A DNA stretch of 64,000 bases. Source: an uncultured bacterium. GTDB taxonomy: Bacteria > Chloroflexota > UBA5177 > JANWHV01. This document shows, piece after piece, positions 19,153-29,332 of this stretch. The notes beneath the pieces are model-generated. The model saw nothing but the letters and a program-made list of their open reading frames with translations. It ran no database searches and was not told the origin of the DNA. Location: positions 1,376,001 to 1,440,000 of the forward strand of contig CAWHAE010000012.1 in NCBI GenBank assembly GCA_963827235.1. Reading direction: 5' to 3'. The translations under genes were made by a program, and so were the position numbers. Numbering within the stretch: the first letter of the stretch is position 1; every line of letters begins with the position of its first letter.

Positions 19153-19844
19153 CCGGTCAAGAGCTGCCCCCCCGTTCGAGCGGAACGCCAACTCAAGCTG
19201 CCGAGTGGTTTGCCACCACACGCCGGCGGGTACGTCTGGTCGTGCTTCTGGATGCCGCTGAGGAGGCCGGTCTCGTACCGATAGACATCACCCGCCTCCA
19301 CACACTCGCGTATTTGTCGAACGTGCTGGCGCCAGTGTGGGATATTTCGGTGCTCGACGGTAAGGTCCTGAAACATCGCGGGGCTCCTTTTTATCCTGCG
19401 TTGCAACACGATCTGGACCGGCTAGTAGGCATGGGCGTTGTGATCATAAGTGGGCTCGGGCACAGCGTTGATGCCGATGGTCGGTGGCGTTTGGAGGGAG
19501 CATATCGCCTTAACCGCGTGTTCGCGGAGCCCGTACTACGGCATCTCGCCGCCTACGATGACGAAAGCCGTCTTGTCGCGTTCGTGCGTGAGCTTGCGTA
19601 TGCCCTGTCGGCACTGGGCGATGACGAGATCACGATTGCTACTCGCGAAGATGCCACATACGCAGATCCACGGGTCAGCGCTGGCAACGTGATCGACTTT
19701 GACGAGTGGCAAAAGGAAAACTATAGCGCGGACGCGGCGCGGTGCGTCGGCCACTTGGTGCCTACCAAGTTCGGCGTTACTCCCGGAGAAAAGTTGCACC
19801 TGTATGTTCGCCATCTGCAGCGGAGGATACAGGGTGGAAGGTAA
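19149..19844 (+). CDS. unknown protein, possibly an ABC-three-component middle component/wHTH
   Basis: 231 aa, ATGA-coupled to the ATPase. RLHTLAYLSNVL...PFYPALQHDLDRLVGMG. Confidence 0.7.
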   Translation: MTGQELPPRSSGTPTQAAEWFATTRRRVRLVVLLDAAEEAGLVPIDITRLHTLAYLSNVLAPVWDISVLDGKVLKHRGAPFYPALQHDLDRLVGMGVVIISGLGHSVDADGRWRLEGAYRLNRVFAEPVLRHLAAYDDESRLVAFVRELAYALSALGDDEITIATREDATYADPRVSAGNVIDFDEWQKENYSADAARCVGHLVPTKFGVTPGEKLHLYVRHLQRRIQGGR

Positions 19845-20925
19845 CGCCATTTCAAGCTCGCTGGGTCCGTGGAGCACCTCTGAACTCGAGGAGACTGTGC
19901 GCGCGAACGCGAGGATTGGTGTTGACCAGGGACTCGCGGACGATGTAAGGTTCAAGTCCGGCGTAGCCAAACTGCTGCGCCGGCGAGCGGCAGGGACCCC
20001 TCGTGATGATCCACTGGAGCCCGCGATCTTCCTCCTCCGTGGGACACCGCCGGACGCTGCCTTGGCTGCCGGCGCGAAGCGGGAGCCCCTGCTGGACAAC
20101 GGGCGAAGCCCCCTCAATGGTCGTGCTTGGTTTGTGAATCCCGCCACCGTCTCTGGTCACTACCTTCCGTGCGCGGCCGCGGATGACGATGAGATGTTTC
20201 GCTGGATCGTAGAGTCGCTTGGCCTTGGCAGCACGCAGGCGATCATATTCGATCCAAGAGCGGTCGTGCTTGAGCTGCGCTATTACCCTCACGGTCTCGG
20301 GTGTCCCGATGACTGCGAGTTGGTACCGCTAGGTGACGCGGAGATGACTATCGACCGCATCGTCGCAGCAATTGAGCCTATCTACAGGAAGAACTTGATC
20401 ACCTCGGAAGCTCAATCCGAGATGGGCAAGCTGTGGGAGAACAGCGACAAAGCTTGGCCGACATCCAAGGCCGAGAAGATCGTTCAACTCTACATTAGGG
20501 CCGGACTAACGTCACGATTTCCAACGTGTGATATCAGAGAAGAGCAACCTGGGCCAGAGGGCCGCTACGACATCGGGATCGAACGTGAGGATCCACTTGA
20601 GCCAGGTAGAATAACAGTCTTCGCGATCTTGGAACTTAAGGTGCTTCGGAGCTGCAGCCAGAGTGGAAACGTGGCGGGATACTCAGCGAACGATGTACTG
20701 GACTGGGTTAGGTCCGGTGTACAACAAGCAGCGGCCTACCGTGAAGGAAGACACGCAAAGTATGGCGCGCTTTGCTGTTTTGATATGCAGCAGAATCCCA
20801 GCGGCGAGGTGTGCTTTGACCATGTTCGGCGTCTAGCAGCCGACTTGGCGGTTGTGCTCAAGTGTTGGATCTTGTATCCCACGTCCGCAGCCTGGCGATC
20901 GGCAACCTATCAAGCGCAAGGATAG
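19834..20925 (+). CDS. putative PD-(D/E)xK nuclease effector
   Basis: GGAGGA RBS and GTG at 19834. C-terminal GRYDIGIE...ILELKV...GVQQAAAY. Confidence 0.65.
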   Translation: MEGNAISSSLGPWSTSELEETVRANARIGVDQGLADDVRFKSGVAKLLRRRAAGTPRDDPLEPAIFLLRGTPPDAALAAGAKREPLLDNGRSPLNGRAWFVNPATVSGHYLPCAAADDDEMFRWIVESLGLGSTQAIIFDPRAVVLELRYYPHGLGCPDDCELVPLGDAEMTIDRIVAAIEPIYRKNLITSEAQSEMGKLWENSDKAWPTSKAEKIVQLYIRAGLTSRFPTCDIREEQPGPEGRYDIGIEREDPLEPGRITVFAILELKVLRSCSQSGNVAGYSANDVLDWVRSGVQQAAAYREGRHAKYGALCCFDMQQNPSGEVCFDHVRRLAADLAVVLKCWILYPTSAAWRSATYQAQG

Positions 20926-22190
20926 TCATTCCTCAGGACCACAAGGGTCTCCACGAGATCCAGCCGACCGCCCTGCTGCGCCGATGAGCGCATCGAACGA
21001 CAAGGCTCCATGGCGGTGACTCGCCAGCTCACGGCAGGTGAAAGTTCAGCGATTATCTTGCCGGTTTCTACAGGTATCCCGGAATAGCGACTATCGCCAA
21101 CCACCAGCCACGCGGATCCACCTCGTGCGACTGAGCAGCGCAGCAGGCGGAGCACGTGAACGATGTCGGCGAAGTAGCCGCCGACCATGTCAGGAATATT
21201 CCGATCCCACAGCTCGATGCGCCTTGCGCGCAGACGCTCGAGCGTTGACTCGAGCAGCGGCGAGGCACTGGGCGCCGGCGGATACTCCCGATCCAGTTGT
21301 ACATGCGAGCATAAGGTCGAGTGACGGAGGCGGCGATTCGACGCTCCATCTTTCAGGTATCCGAGCATCCACAGTTCGACGTTATATACGTCCGTGTAGT
21401 CAAAGGAGTTGGGATAGGGCGGCGAGAAGACAGCGATCTCACATGGAACCGGCTCGGCTAGTAGTACTCGGCTGTCACCTCGGTACAGTCGGTAGGTCGG
21501 GCATGCACGCCGAGTAAAGGTGTGGATATCCGTGATCGCCTGCTGAACAGCGGCGCAATACAGGTCGTCCACCGATCGCCTCTCGCTGCGCCTCTGATCC
21601 CAGCTTCCTCGGTAGCGACGCCCCTTTCCATTGACCACGACATTACTGGCATCGATCAGGACACCCGCCAGGAGCACACGGAAGAGTCGGCGGTGCGATT
21701 CCGTGTCAAGCGTATCTATCGCGGTGAGGAGCGTGCCTACACGAGCTGCTACATCGCGGTCGAAGATCCAACGGCCACGCGCGCCAGGTTCGACAAAAGT
21801 CGCTGGCAACTGCTGGAATGCCACGAGTGGGTCAACTTGGATGCCTGCACCTCTGCGAACGATCGCGCCGAAGTCGCGAGCCAGCGAATCGGCGTCGTAT
21901 GTGCTGAGTTTCGCTTCGATCAGATCGGCCAGGAAAGGGTTCACCTCGATCGTCATTGGCTGCACGCCAAGGAATTGACACGCAAGTGCAGTCGTTCCCG
22001 ATCCACCAAAAGGGTCCAGACATCGCTGAACTGGGATGGGACTTTCTGCGAGCGCACGCGCTACGAATTCCGGCGCGAAGGACTCCTTAAAGTGACGCCA
22101 CGCCTGGAAAGGCAGTCGATTCGCACCAGCGTTTGTTCCCCAAGACGAGACTGCACGCTTTCGCGTCCAGTCCTCGAAAGTGACCTGCAC
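20910..22190 (-). CDS. amino-DNA methyltransferase, likely N4-cytosine
   Basis: Motif I LDPFGGSGTT precedes motif IV FSPPY, plus VVGDS. Confidence 0.87.
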   Translation of the reverse strand: MQVTFEDWTRKRAVSSWGTNAGANRLPFQAWRHFKESFAPEFVARALAESPIPVQRCLDPFGGSGTTALACQFLGVQPMTIEVNPFLADLIEAKLSTYDADSLARDFGAIVRRGAGIQVDPLVAFQQLPATFVEPGARGRWIFDRDVAARVGTLLTAIDTLDTESHRRLFRVLLAGVLIDASNVVVNGKGRRYRGSWDQRRSERRSVDDLYCAAVQQAITDIHTFTRRACPTYRLYRGDSRVLLAEPVPCEIAVFSPPYPNSFDYTDVYNVELWMLGYLKDGASNRRLRHSTLCSHVQLDREYPPAPSASPLLESTLERLRARRIELWDRNIPDMVGGYFADIVHVLRLLRCSVARGGSAWLVVGDSRYSGIPVETGKIIAELSPAVSWRVTAMEPCRSMRSSAQQGGRLDLVETLVVLRNDYPCA

Positions 22191-22462
22191 TCAGGAATCC
22201 CCCCAACACGAGCCTCTGTGTACTCCTTACAACGTACGGGAAGCAGCATGCAGCAGCAACACCGAGTACCACGCCATCCAACCTCGCTGGTTCGCGGCCA
22301 TGCTCGTGCCAAGAAATCCGTTCGGAGGACCGAGTTGTACTGCGGCCCGTCTCGAATGCTCGCCCATTTTCCACGCTTGAACTGGGAACAGCGTCCATTC
22401 TACAGATAGAGTGGTAGCCACATGCCCGCGGCGGGCGCAATCGGGCCCGCCCAACCCGTGGT

Positions 22463-22504
22463 ACACTGAGTTACAGACCGACGCGTCGGTCTGTAACTCA
22501 GTGT
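22463..22504. repeat. perfect 42-bp palindrome
   Basis: ACACTGAGTTACAGACCGACG|CGTCGGTCTGTAACTCAGTGT. Confidence 0.95.
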
Positions 22505-22530
22505 GATCAGCGTCTGGATGGTTAGCACCG

Positions 22531-24420
22531 GTGCTCATGTCGTCTTGCCATTCCGTCTCCGCCGAGCCGCTCGTCGATTTGCTCTTGCAGGGCTCGCGTC
22601 GCGCCCGAGCGGCAGGGCGCCGCATCCTGGTGAGCTATGCCGAGCCGGCGCCCGCGCTGGACCCGCTCGCCGTCTACGCGGCGGCACCTGCCGGCACGGT
22701 GCGGCTGTTCTGGCATCACCAGGATCGCCTCGTGGACGGTGCATCCGGGCAGGCTCTGGCCGGGATCGGCGCCGTGCACACGATCGAGGCACGGGGCGGC
22801 GGCAGGTTCGAGGACGTCAAGAAGGCCTGGCGGGATCTCCGCCTGGATGCCATCGTGGAGACGTCTACCGGCGAGGCGCCACCCTGGGGAGCCGGACCCT
22901 TGCTGCTCGGCGGGTTCAGCTTCGATCCACAGCGGCCTTCCACGGGCACCTGGCGGGGATTTCCGGACGCGCGTTTCACCCTATCCCGCTTTACCGTGGC
23001 CAGCGCCGGCGGCCGCACCTGGGTGACCACCAACATGCTGGTCGACGGAGAGGAAGACTGCGAGGCGCTCACGCAGGATACGTTGCGCGAGCGACACCTC
23101 GTGCTCGACCGGGCGCGGGCCTGGCATCCGGAAGCGGCGATCCGGGCCCTCGCATCCGCGGACACGGATGCCCCGGCCTTCGCGCCCGATGCCGTTGATG
23201 GCCGCCCAGCCGGGATCCCTGTGCCGGGGACACATGGCGGTTTGGCGGCATATCGCGGTTCGGCTCCGGATCACGGCCCGGCACAGATTCACGGCACCGC
23301 GGCCGAGGCGTTGCCGGCGGGCGGGCGGGCGGCGAATGGCGGTTCGGCTCCGGATCACGGCCCGGCACAGATTCACGGCACCGCGGCCGAGGCGTTGCCG
23401 GCGGGCGGGCGGGCGGCGAAATCTGGCCTTGCCGCGGGCGGGGCGGCCGGTGATGGCACCGTGGCGAAGCCGGCGGCGCGGCTGTGGGCGGTCGACGATC
23501 CGGCGCCCGAGCGGAGTGTGGAGCGCGGGGCCGGAGCACATGGCAACGTGGAGCGCGCAGGGCATGCTTCCTCGGCGGCAGCCTTGGTGGCGGTGGATGC
23601 GCTGCCGGCCGCGGAATGGCAGGCAATCGTCGGCCGCACGGCGGCTGAGATTCGCGCCGGTCGCTTCGCCAAGGTCGTGCTGGCGCGCGAGGCTCGCGTG
23701 GCGGCGGCGGAGACGGCGTTCGACGCCGCGGCTACGCTGGACGCGCTCCGCTCGACTTACCGTGCCGGCTTCGTCTTTGCCTTCACCTTCCCGGAAGGCG
23801 GTGCCGACCGCACGTTTCTCGGCGCATCGCCCGAACGGCTCGTCCACCTCCACGATCGCGTGGTGGAGACCAGCTCGCTGGCCGGCTCTATCCGCCGCGG
23901 TGCTACGCCGGAGGAGGACGATGCGCTGGGCGCGGCACTCTTGCGCGACGAGAAGGAGCGTACCGAGCATGCGGTGGTCACCGAGACGCTGCGCGAGGCG
24001 CTGGCTCCTCTGTGTCGCGGCTTGAGCGTGCCCGCCGTCCCCACGCTGCTGCGGCTGGCCAACGTGCAGCACCTCTTCACACCGATTCGCGGCGTGCTGG
24101 GCAACGGCCAGACCATCCTGGACCTGGTCGAGCGGCTGCACCCGACTCCTGCCGTGGGCGGCTTTCCCCGAGACGTCGCATTGGCGGTCATCCGCGCACG
24201 CGAGCAGATCGATCGGGGGTGGTACGCCGGACCGGTCGGCTGGATCGACGAAGAGGGCGAGGGCGAATTCGCCGTCGCCATACGGTCCGCCCTGCTCGAC
24301 GACTCGAAGCGCGAAGCGCTGCTCTTCGCCGGCTGCGGCATCGTCGGCCATTCCAACCCCGCCGCCGAGTACGCGGAGTCTCGCCTCAAGATGCAGGCGA
24401 TGCTCTCCGCGCTGCGCTGA
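22531..24420 (+). CDS. menF: isochorismate synthase
   Basis: KVVLAR, FLGASPERL, KERTEH, HPTPAVGG, RGWYAGPVG, FAGCGIV, upstream of menD. Confidence 0.9.
   Translation: MLMSSCHSVSAEPLVDLLLQGSRRARAAGRRILVSYAEPAPALDPLAVYAAAPAGTVRLFWHHQDRLVDGASGQALAGIGAVHTIEARGGGRFEDVKKAWRDLRLDAIVETSTGEAPPWGAGPLLLGGFSFDPQRPSTGTWRGFPDARFTLSRFTVASAGGRTWVTTNMLVDGEEDCEALTQDTLRERHLVLDRARAWHPEAAIRALASADTDAPAFAPDAVDGRPAGIPVPGTHGGLAAYRGSAPDHGPAQIHGTAAEALPAGGRAANGGSAPDHGPAQIHGTAAEALPAGGRAAKSGLAAGGAAGDGTVAKPAARLWAVDDPAPERSVERGAGAHGNVERAGHASSAAALVAVDALPAAEWQAIVGRTAAEIRAGRFAKVVLAREARVAAAETAFDAAATLDALRSTYRAGFVFAFTFPEGGADRTFLGASPERLVHLHDRVVETSSLAGSIRRGATPEEDDALGAALLRDEKERTEHAVVTETLREALAPLCRGLSVPAVPTLLRLANVQHLFTPIRGVLGNGQTILDLVERLHPTPAVGGFPRDVALAVIRAREQIDRGWYAGPVGWIDEEGEGEFAVAIRSALLDDSKREALLFAGCGIVGHSNPAAEYAESRLKMQAMLSALR
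23255..23420 (+). repeat. in-frame tandem duplication with 84-bp period inside menF
   Basis: GSAPDHGPAQIHGTAAEALPAGGRAA occurs twice. Confidence 0.95.
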
Positions 24421-24421
24421 G

Positions 24422-26251
24422 GTGCCCCCTGCGATGCTCGAGCAGCCGCCAAACGCCCTCTACGCCTACGCAGGTGCCTTCCTCGACGAGCTGGCGCGCA
24501 GCGGAGTGCGTCACGTCTGCGTCTGTCCCGGATCGCGCTCCACGCCCCTGGCAATCTGCGCGGACCGGCAGCCCGGCCTCCGCGTGTGGATGCATCTGGA
24601 CGAGCGGTCCGCCGCCTTCTTCGCCCTCGGCCTGGCCAAGTCGACCGGGCTGCCCGTAGCGCTCGTCTGCACGTCCGGCACGGCCGCGGCAAACTTCATG
24701 CCTGCCGTCGTGGAGGCGCGACTGGCCCACGTGCCGCTGCTGGTACTGACGGCCGACCGGCCGCCCGAGCTGCGCGAGGTGGGGGCACCGCAGACCATCG
24801 ACCAGATCCACCTGTACGGCAGCCAGGTCAAGTGGTTCGTGGAAATGGCCACTCCAGGCGCCTCCGACGATCTGCTCCGGTACGCGCGCGTCACCGCCTG
24901 CCGCGCCGTGGCCGCCGCCGTGGCAGTGCCGCGCGGACCGGTCCATCTCAACTTTCCCTTCCGCGAGCCCCTGGTCCCGGTACCGGCACCCGAGGAGATC
25001 CCGGCAACCGTGTCGCCGCTTGCCCTGCATGGCCGATCGGGAGGGCGGCCCTACGTCGACCTGCCGCGCGTGGCGTCCGCCGAGGCGCCGTCGAGCGATG
25101 CGCTGGACCAGATTGCCGATCTCATGCTGCGCTCTCCCCGGGGGCTGATCGTCTGCGGACCGCTCGATGCCGGCGACCTCGCGGAGCCGCTCACCGCGCT
25201 GGCCGCCCGGGCCGGTTATCCAATCCTGGCCGACGCGCTGTCCGGGTTGCGCGCCGGTAGTCACGACCAGGCGCAGGTGATCGATGCCTACGACGCGTTT
25301 CTTCGCTGCGCTCCCGTGGCAGGGAGACTGGCGCCCGAGCTCGTGCTGCGGCTGGGGGCCACGCCTACGTCGAAGCCCCTCCAGCAGTTCCTGCAACGCC
25401 GGCCGGAGGTCACGCACGTGGTCGTCTCACACGGCGATTGGCAGGATCCGTCGTATCAGGCCGGTATCCTGCTCGACGCCGACCCGGCAGATGTTTGCCG
25501 CCGGCTCGCCCGGCGCCTCGAACCCGGTGCCCAAGCCACGGGCGACGGCCGATGGCTGTCCGAGTGGCTCGCCACGAACCGGACAGCCCGCCAGGCGCTT
25601 GACCGCAGGCCGGCTTCCGGCGAGGATCTCTTCGAGGGCCGCGTGCTTGCCGAGCTGTGCTGCCTCCTGCCCGGCGGTGCCACGCTGTGGGCCGGCAGCA
25701 GCATGCCGGTGCGCGACCTGGACACCTTCTCCGGCAAGACCGAACGGCCGTTGCGCATGCTGGCCAACCGCGGCGCCAACGGCATCGACGGCGTCGTCTC
25801 CAGCGCCCTGGGTGCCGCGGCGGGCGGCCAGGGTCCGCACGTGCTGGCGATCGGCGACGTCTCGTTCTACCACGATATGAACGGCCTGCTGGCAGCGGCG
25901 CGGCACGGCCTGGATCTCACCATCGTGCTGCTCAACAACGACGGCGGCGGCATCTTCTCCTTCCTGCCCCAGGCGGAGCAACCGGCCCTGCTCGAAGAGG
26001 ACGGCGATGGCTGCTCGCCGTTCGAGCGGCTGTTCGGCACGCCGCACGGCCTGGACTTCTCGCACGCCGCCGCCCTGTACGGCGCCGGGTTCGTGCGCGC
26101 CGGCACCTGGGCGGAGTTCCGGCAGGCGGTATCGGCAGGGATCGAAGCCGGCGGTCTGCACGTCGTGGAAGTGCGGACCGATCGCGGGCGGAACGTGGCG
26201 CAGCACCGCGCCTGCTGGCGAGCCGTGGCCGAGGCGCTGGGCCACGCATGA
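24422..26251 (+). CDS. menD: SEPHCHC synthase
   Basis: CPGSRSTPL, DERSAAFFALG, TADRPPELR, NRGANGIDG, NNDGGGIF. Confidence 0.95.
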   Translation: MPPAMLEQPPNALYAYAGAFLDELARSGVRHVCVCPGSRSTPLAICADRQPGLRVWMHLDERSAAFFALGLAKSTGLPVALVCTSGTAAANFMPAVVEARLAHVPLLVLTADRPPELREVGAPQTIDQIHLYGSQVKWFVEMATPGASDDLLRYARVTACRAVAAAVAVPRGPVHLNFPFREPLVPVPAPEEIPATVSPLALHGRSGGRPYVDLPRVASAEAPSSDALDQIADLMLRSPRGLIVCGPLDAGDLAEPLTALAARAGYPILADALSGLRAGSHDQAQVIDAYDAFLRCAPVAGRLAPELVLRLGATPTSKPLQQFLQRRPEVTHVVVSHGDWQDPSYQAGILLDADPADVCRRLARRLEPGAQATGDGRWLSEWLATNRTARQALDRRPASGEDLFEGRVLAELCCLLPGGATLWAGSSMPVRDLDTFSGKTERPLRMLANRGANGIDGVVSSALGAAAGGQGPHVLAIGDVSFYHDMNGLLAAARHGLDLTIVLLNNDGGGIFSFLPQAEQPALLEEDGDGCSPFERLFGTPHGLDFSHAAALYGAGFVRAGTWAEFRQAVSAGIEAGGLHVVEVRTDRGRNVAQHRACWRAVAEALGHA

Positions 26252-27144
26252 CGCCGCCCTTTCCACTCCGGCACCTGGCGGTGGACGGCGTCCGCTACGG
26301 CGTACGGGTGGCCGGTCAGGGACCGGAGCTCGTGCTGCTGCATGGATTCACCGGCAGCGGCAGCACGTGGCAGCCGCTCGTCTCGAGCCTGGCCGGATCG
26401 CGGCGCCTGATCGCCATCGACGCGCCGGGCCACGGCGCCTCGCCGGCGACCGCGCATCCGGAGCGGTTCACGATCGAGCGCGCGGCGCGGGACGTGCTTG
26501 CGCTGCTGGACCGTCTCGAGGCGAAGGAGGCGGCGCTGCTCGGCTATTCCATGGGCGGTCGTCTGGCGCTGCACGCGGCGCTGGCGGCGCCCGGGCGCTT
26601 CACGGCGGTCGTGCTGGAAAGCGCGTCGCCGGGCATCCGGGACCCCGGGGAGCGCGACGCCCGCATTCGAGATGACGAGGCGTTGGCAGCCGAAATCGAG
26701 CACCAGGGCGTGGAAGCATTCGTAGCGCGCTGGGAGGCCTTTCCTCTGTTTGCCAGCCAGGCGAACCTGCCCGCCGGCGTCCGCGGTCGACTGCGCGCGC
26801 AACGCCTGGCCAACAGCGCCGCCGGGCTGGCAAACAGCCTGCGCGGCATGGGCGCGGGCGCCGCGCCTCCGGTGTGGGAGCGCATCGCGGAGCTCCGGAT
26901 GCCCGTGCTGCTGATCGTGGGCGCGCTGGACGGAAAATACCTGGCCATTGCTCGGGAGATGCTGCACTGCCTGCCTCACGCCACGCTGGAGGTCGTGGCC
27001 GGCGCCGGCCATGCCGTTCACCTCGAGCAGCCGGAACGCTTCGACGAGATCGTGAGCCGGTTTCTCGCCGCATGTGGGCGCCGGCCGGGTGAGGATCGCG
27101 CCCTCGAGCCCGAGGATATCCACCTCGAGCTCGACATTCCCTGA
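26248..27144 (+). CDS. menH: SHCHC synthase (alpha/beta hydrolase)
   Basis: LLHGFTG, GYSMGGR, ESASPG, GHAVHLE, ATGA overlap with menD. Confidence 0.9.
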   Translation: MTPPFPLRHLAVDGVRYGVRVAGQGPELVLLHGFTGSGSTWQPLVSSLAGSRRLIAIDAPGHGASPATAHPERFTIERAARDVLALLDRLEAKEAALLGYSMGGRLALHAALAAPGRFTAVVLESASPGIRDPGERDARIRDDEALAAEIEHQGVEAFVARWEAFPLFASQANLPAGVRGRLRAQRLANSAAGLANSLRGMGAGAAPPVWERIAELRMPVLLIVGALDGKYLAIAREMLHCLPHATLEVVAGAGHAVHLEQPERFDEIVSRFLAACGRRPGEDRALEPEDIHLELDIP

Positions 27145-27168
27145 ATCAGGCCGTTCGGCCTGCAAGCC

Positions 27169-28032
27169 ATGGAGGAGAAAACAGTGAGCGATCAGGATCG
27201 CGCCATCCGTCCGTCTGGATTGCAGTGGGAGCACCGCCGCCAGTACGGCGACATCATCTACGAGGTGGCGGAGGGCATAGCCCGCATCACCATCAACCGG
27301 CCGGAAGTGCGGAACGCCTTCCGGCCGCGAACGGTGGTCGAGCTGATGGATGCCTTTGCCGCCGCGCGCGAGGACGCCGGGGTCGGCGTCGTCCTGCTCA
27401 CGGGAGCCGGCACCAGGGCCTTCTGCTCCGGAGGCGACCAGCGCGTACGCGGCGAGGCCGGCTACGTGGGACAGGACGGCGTGCCGCGGCTCAACGTGCT
27501 CGATCTCCAGCGCCAGATTCGCACGCTGCCCAAACCGGTGATCGCCGTGGTGGCAGGGTACGCCATCGGCGGCGGCCACGTCCTGCACGTGGTCTGCGAC
27601 CTGACTATCGCGGCGGACAATGCCGTGTTCGGCCAGACCGGGCCCAGGGTCGGCAGCTTCGACGCCGGCTTCGGCGCCGGTTACCTGGCGCGCCAGGTGG
27701 GCCCGAAGAAGGCCAAAGAGATCTGGTTCCTGTGCCGCCAGTACGATGCGCGGCAGGCCCTGGCCATGGGTCTGGTCAACACGGTGGTGCCGCTGGAAGA
27801 CCTGGAGATCGAGGCGGTAGCCTGGGCCAGGGAGATCCTCGGCAAGAGCCCCATGGCCATTCGCTGCCTGAAGGCCGCCTTCAACGCCGAGACCGATGGG
27901 CTGGCCGGTATCCAGGAGCTCGCCGGCGACACCACCCTCCTCTACTACATGAGCGAGGAGGCGCAGGAGGGGCGCAACGCCTACCTGCAGAAGCGGGCCC
28001 CGGATTTCGGCCGCTTCCCCCGCCTGCCGTGA
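27169..28032 (+). CDS. menB: 1,4-dihydroxy-2-naphthoyl-CoA synthase
   Basis: [34 protein letters not shown]. Confidence 0.96.
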   Translation: MEEKTVSDQDRAIRPSGLQWEHRRQYGDIIYEVAEGIARITINRPEVRNAFRPRTVVELMDAFAAAREDAGVGVVLLTGAGTRAFCSGGDQRVRGEAGYVGQDGVPRLNVLDLQRQIRTLPKPVIAVVAGYAIGGGHVLHVVCDLTIAADNAVFGQTGPRVGSFDAGFGAGYLARQVGPKKAKEIWFLCRQYDARQALAMGLVNTVVPLEDLEIEAVAWAREILGKSPMAIRCLKAAFNAETDGLAGIQELAGDTTLLYYMSEEAQEGRNAYLQKRAPDFGRFPRLP

Positions 28033-28190
28033 CCTAGTCCGGCAAAACCGGCCCGGGTGTCCCGCACTTGTGTGCAAAGCGGGCGGAGGCATATGATCGA
28101 GCCATGCTGATGGCAGCCGTCATGCCTCACGGTGCCGGCCGCGCATCATACCGATTCGCATCCGCCGGTGCGATGCGCAGAAGGTAGCTC

Positions 28191-29279
28191 ATGGCACGAG
28201 ACAATGCACAGCCACCGGCAGGTGGTGAGCTGAGTGCAACGTTGCTCGAAGCGCTGCCCGTCATCGTCTGGACTGCCTCCCTGGACAGCCGGATCGACTA
28301 TGCCAATGCGGCTTGGCTCGAGTACACCGGGTTGTCGCACGAGGACGTTCTGGCCGGCGCTGCCCACTCCGCCGTACACGCCGACGACGAGCTCTCTCTG
28401 GAGGAACAGTGGCAGCGCGCGCGCGCTGCGGTCGCCGGCTTCGCGCTGGAGTGTCGCCTGCTGCGGGCTGACGGCATCTACCGGTGGCATCTCGTCCGCG
28501 TCGTGCCGCTTCGAGACGGCGACGGGCAGGTCACGGGCTGGCTGGGCAGCGCGGCAGACATCCACGATCAGAAGCAGCTCGAGGAAGAGCGCGCCGAGTT
28601 CCTGGCCCTGATCTCGCACGATTTGAAGAACCCGTTGACCAGTATCCTGGGCACGGCCCAGCTCATGCTGCGGCGCGCCGGACGCGGCGACGGCGCGGAT
28701 CGCCTCGGCGAAGGGCTCACCGTGATCTTTCAGGCGGCGCAACGTATGGCGGCACAGCTCGACGTGCTGTTCGATCTGGCATCCACCAAGGCAGGAAGCC
28801 CGGTCGAGCTCAACAGACAGTCCACGGACCTGGCCGTGCTCCTTCGCCAGCTCTGCGACGAGCACAGGCTCTCGTCCGAACGGCACACCTTCTCGCTCGC
28901 CATTGCCGAGCTGCCGCTGGTCGGGCTGTGGGACGGGCGCAGGCTGGAGCGCGCCCTGGCCAACGTGCTGACGAACGCCGTCAAGTACAGCCCCGGGGGA
29001 GGGGAAGTCGTGGTGACCGCCCGGCAGGTGCACCTGGCGGAGGCCGACTGGGCCGAGGTCGCCGTGACCGACCACGGCATCGGCATCCCGGCCAGGGACT
29101 TGCCTCACGTGTTCGAGCGCTTCTATCGCGCGCGCAATGTCGCCGGCCAGATCGCGGGCACCGGACTTGGACTGGCCGGCGTCCGGCAGATCGTGGAGGG
29201 TCACCGTGGAGTCGTCACCGTGGCGAGCCGCGAAGGGCAGGGAACCACGGTCACCATACGCCTGCCGCTCTCAAGGTAG
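28191..29279 (+). CDS. PAS-domain sensor histidine kinase (no response regulator in the window)
   Basis: PAS/PAC domain, SHDLKNPL H-box, NAVKYS, DHGIGI, GTGLGL. Confidence 0.9.
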   Translation: MARDNAQPPAGGELSATLLEALPVIVWTASLDSRIDYANAAWLEYTGLSHEDVLAGAAHSAVHADDELSLEEQWQRARAAVAGFALECRLLRADGIYRWHLVRVVPLRDGDGQVTGWLGSAADIHDQKQLEEERAEFLALISHDLKNPLTSILGTAQLMLRRAGRGDGADRLGEGLTVIFQAAQRMAAQLDVLFDLASTKAGSPVELNRQSTDLAVLLRQLCDEHRLSSERHTFSLAIAELPLVGLWDGRRLERALANVLTNAVKYSPGGGEVVVTARQVHLAEADWAEVAVTDHGIGIPARDLPHVFERFYRARNVAGQIAGTGLGLAGVRQIVEGHRGVVTVASREGQGTTVTIRLPLSR

Positions 29280-29332
29280 CGTGGCCGGTCGTCCAGTTCG
29301 GTTTGGCTCTGGGAGAAACGGGCACGGCCGGT

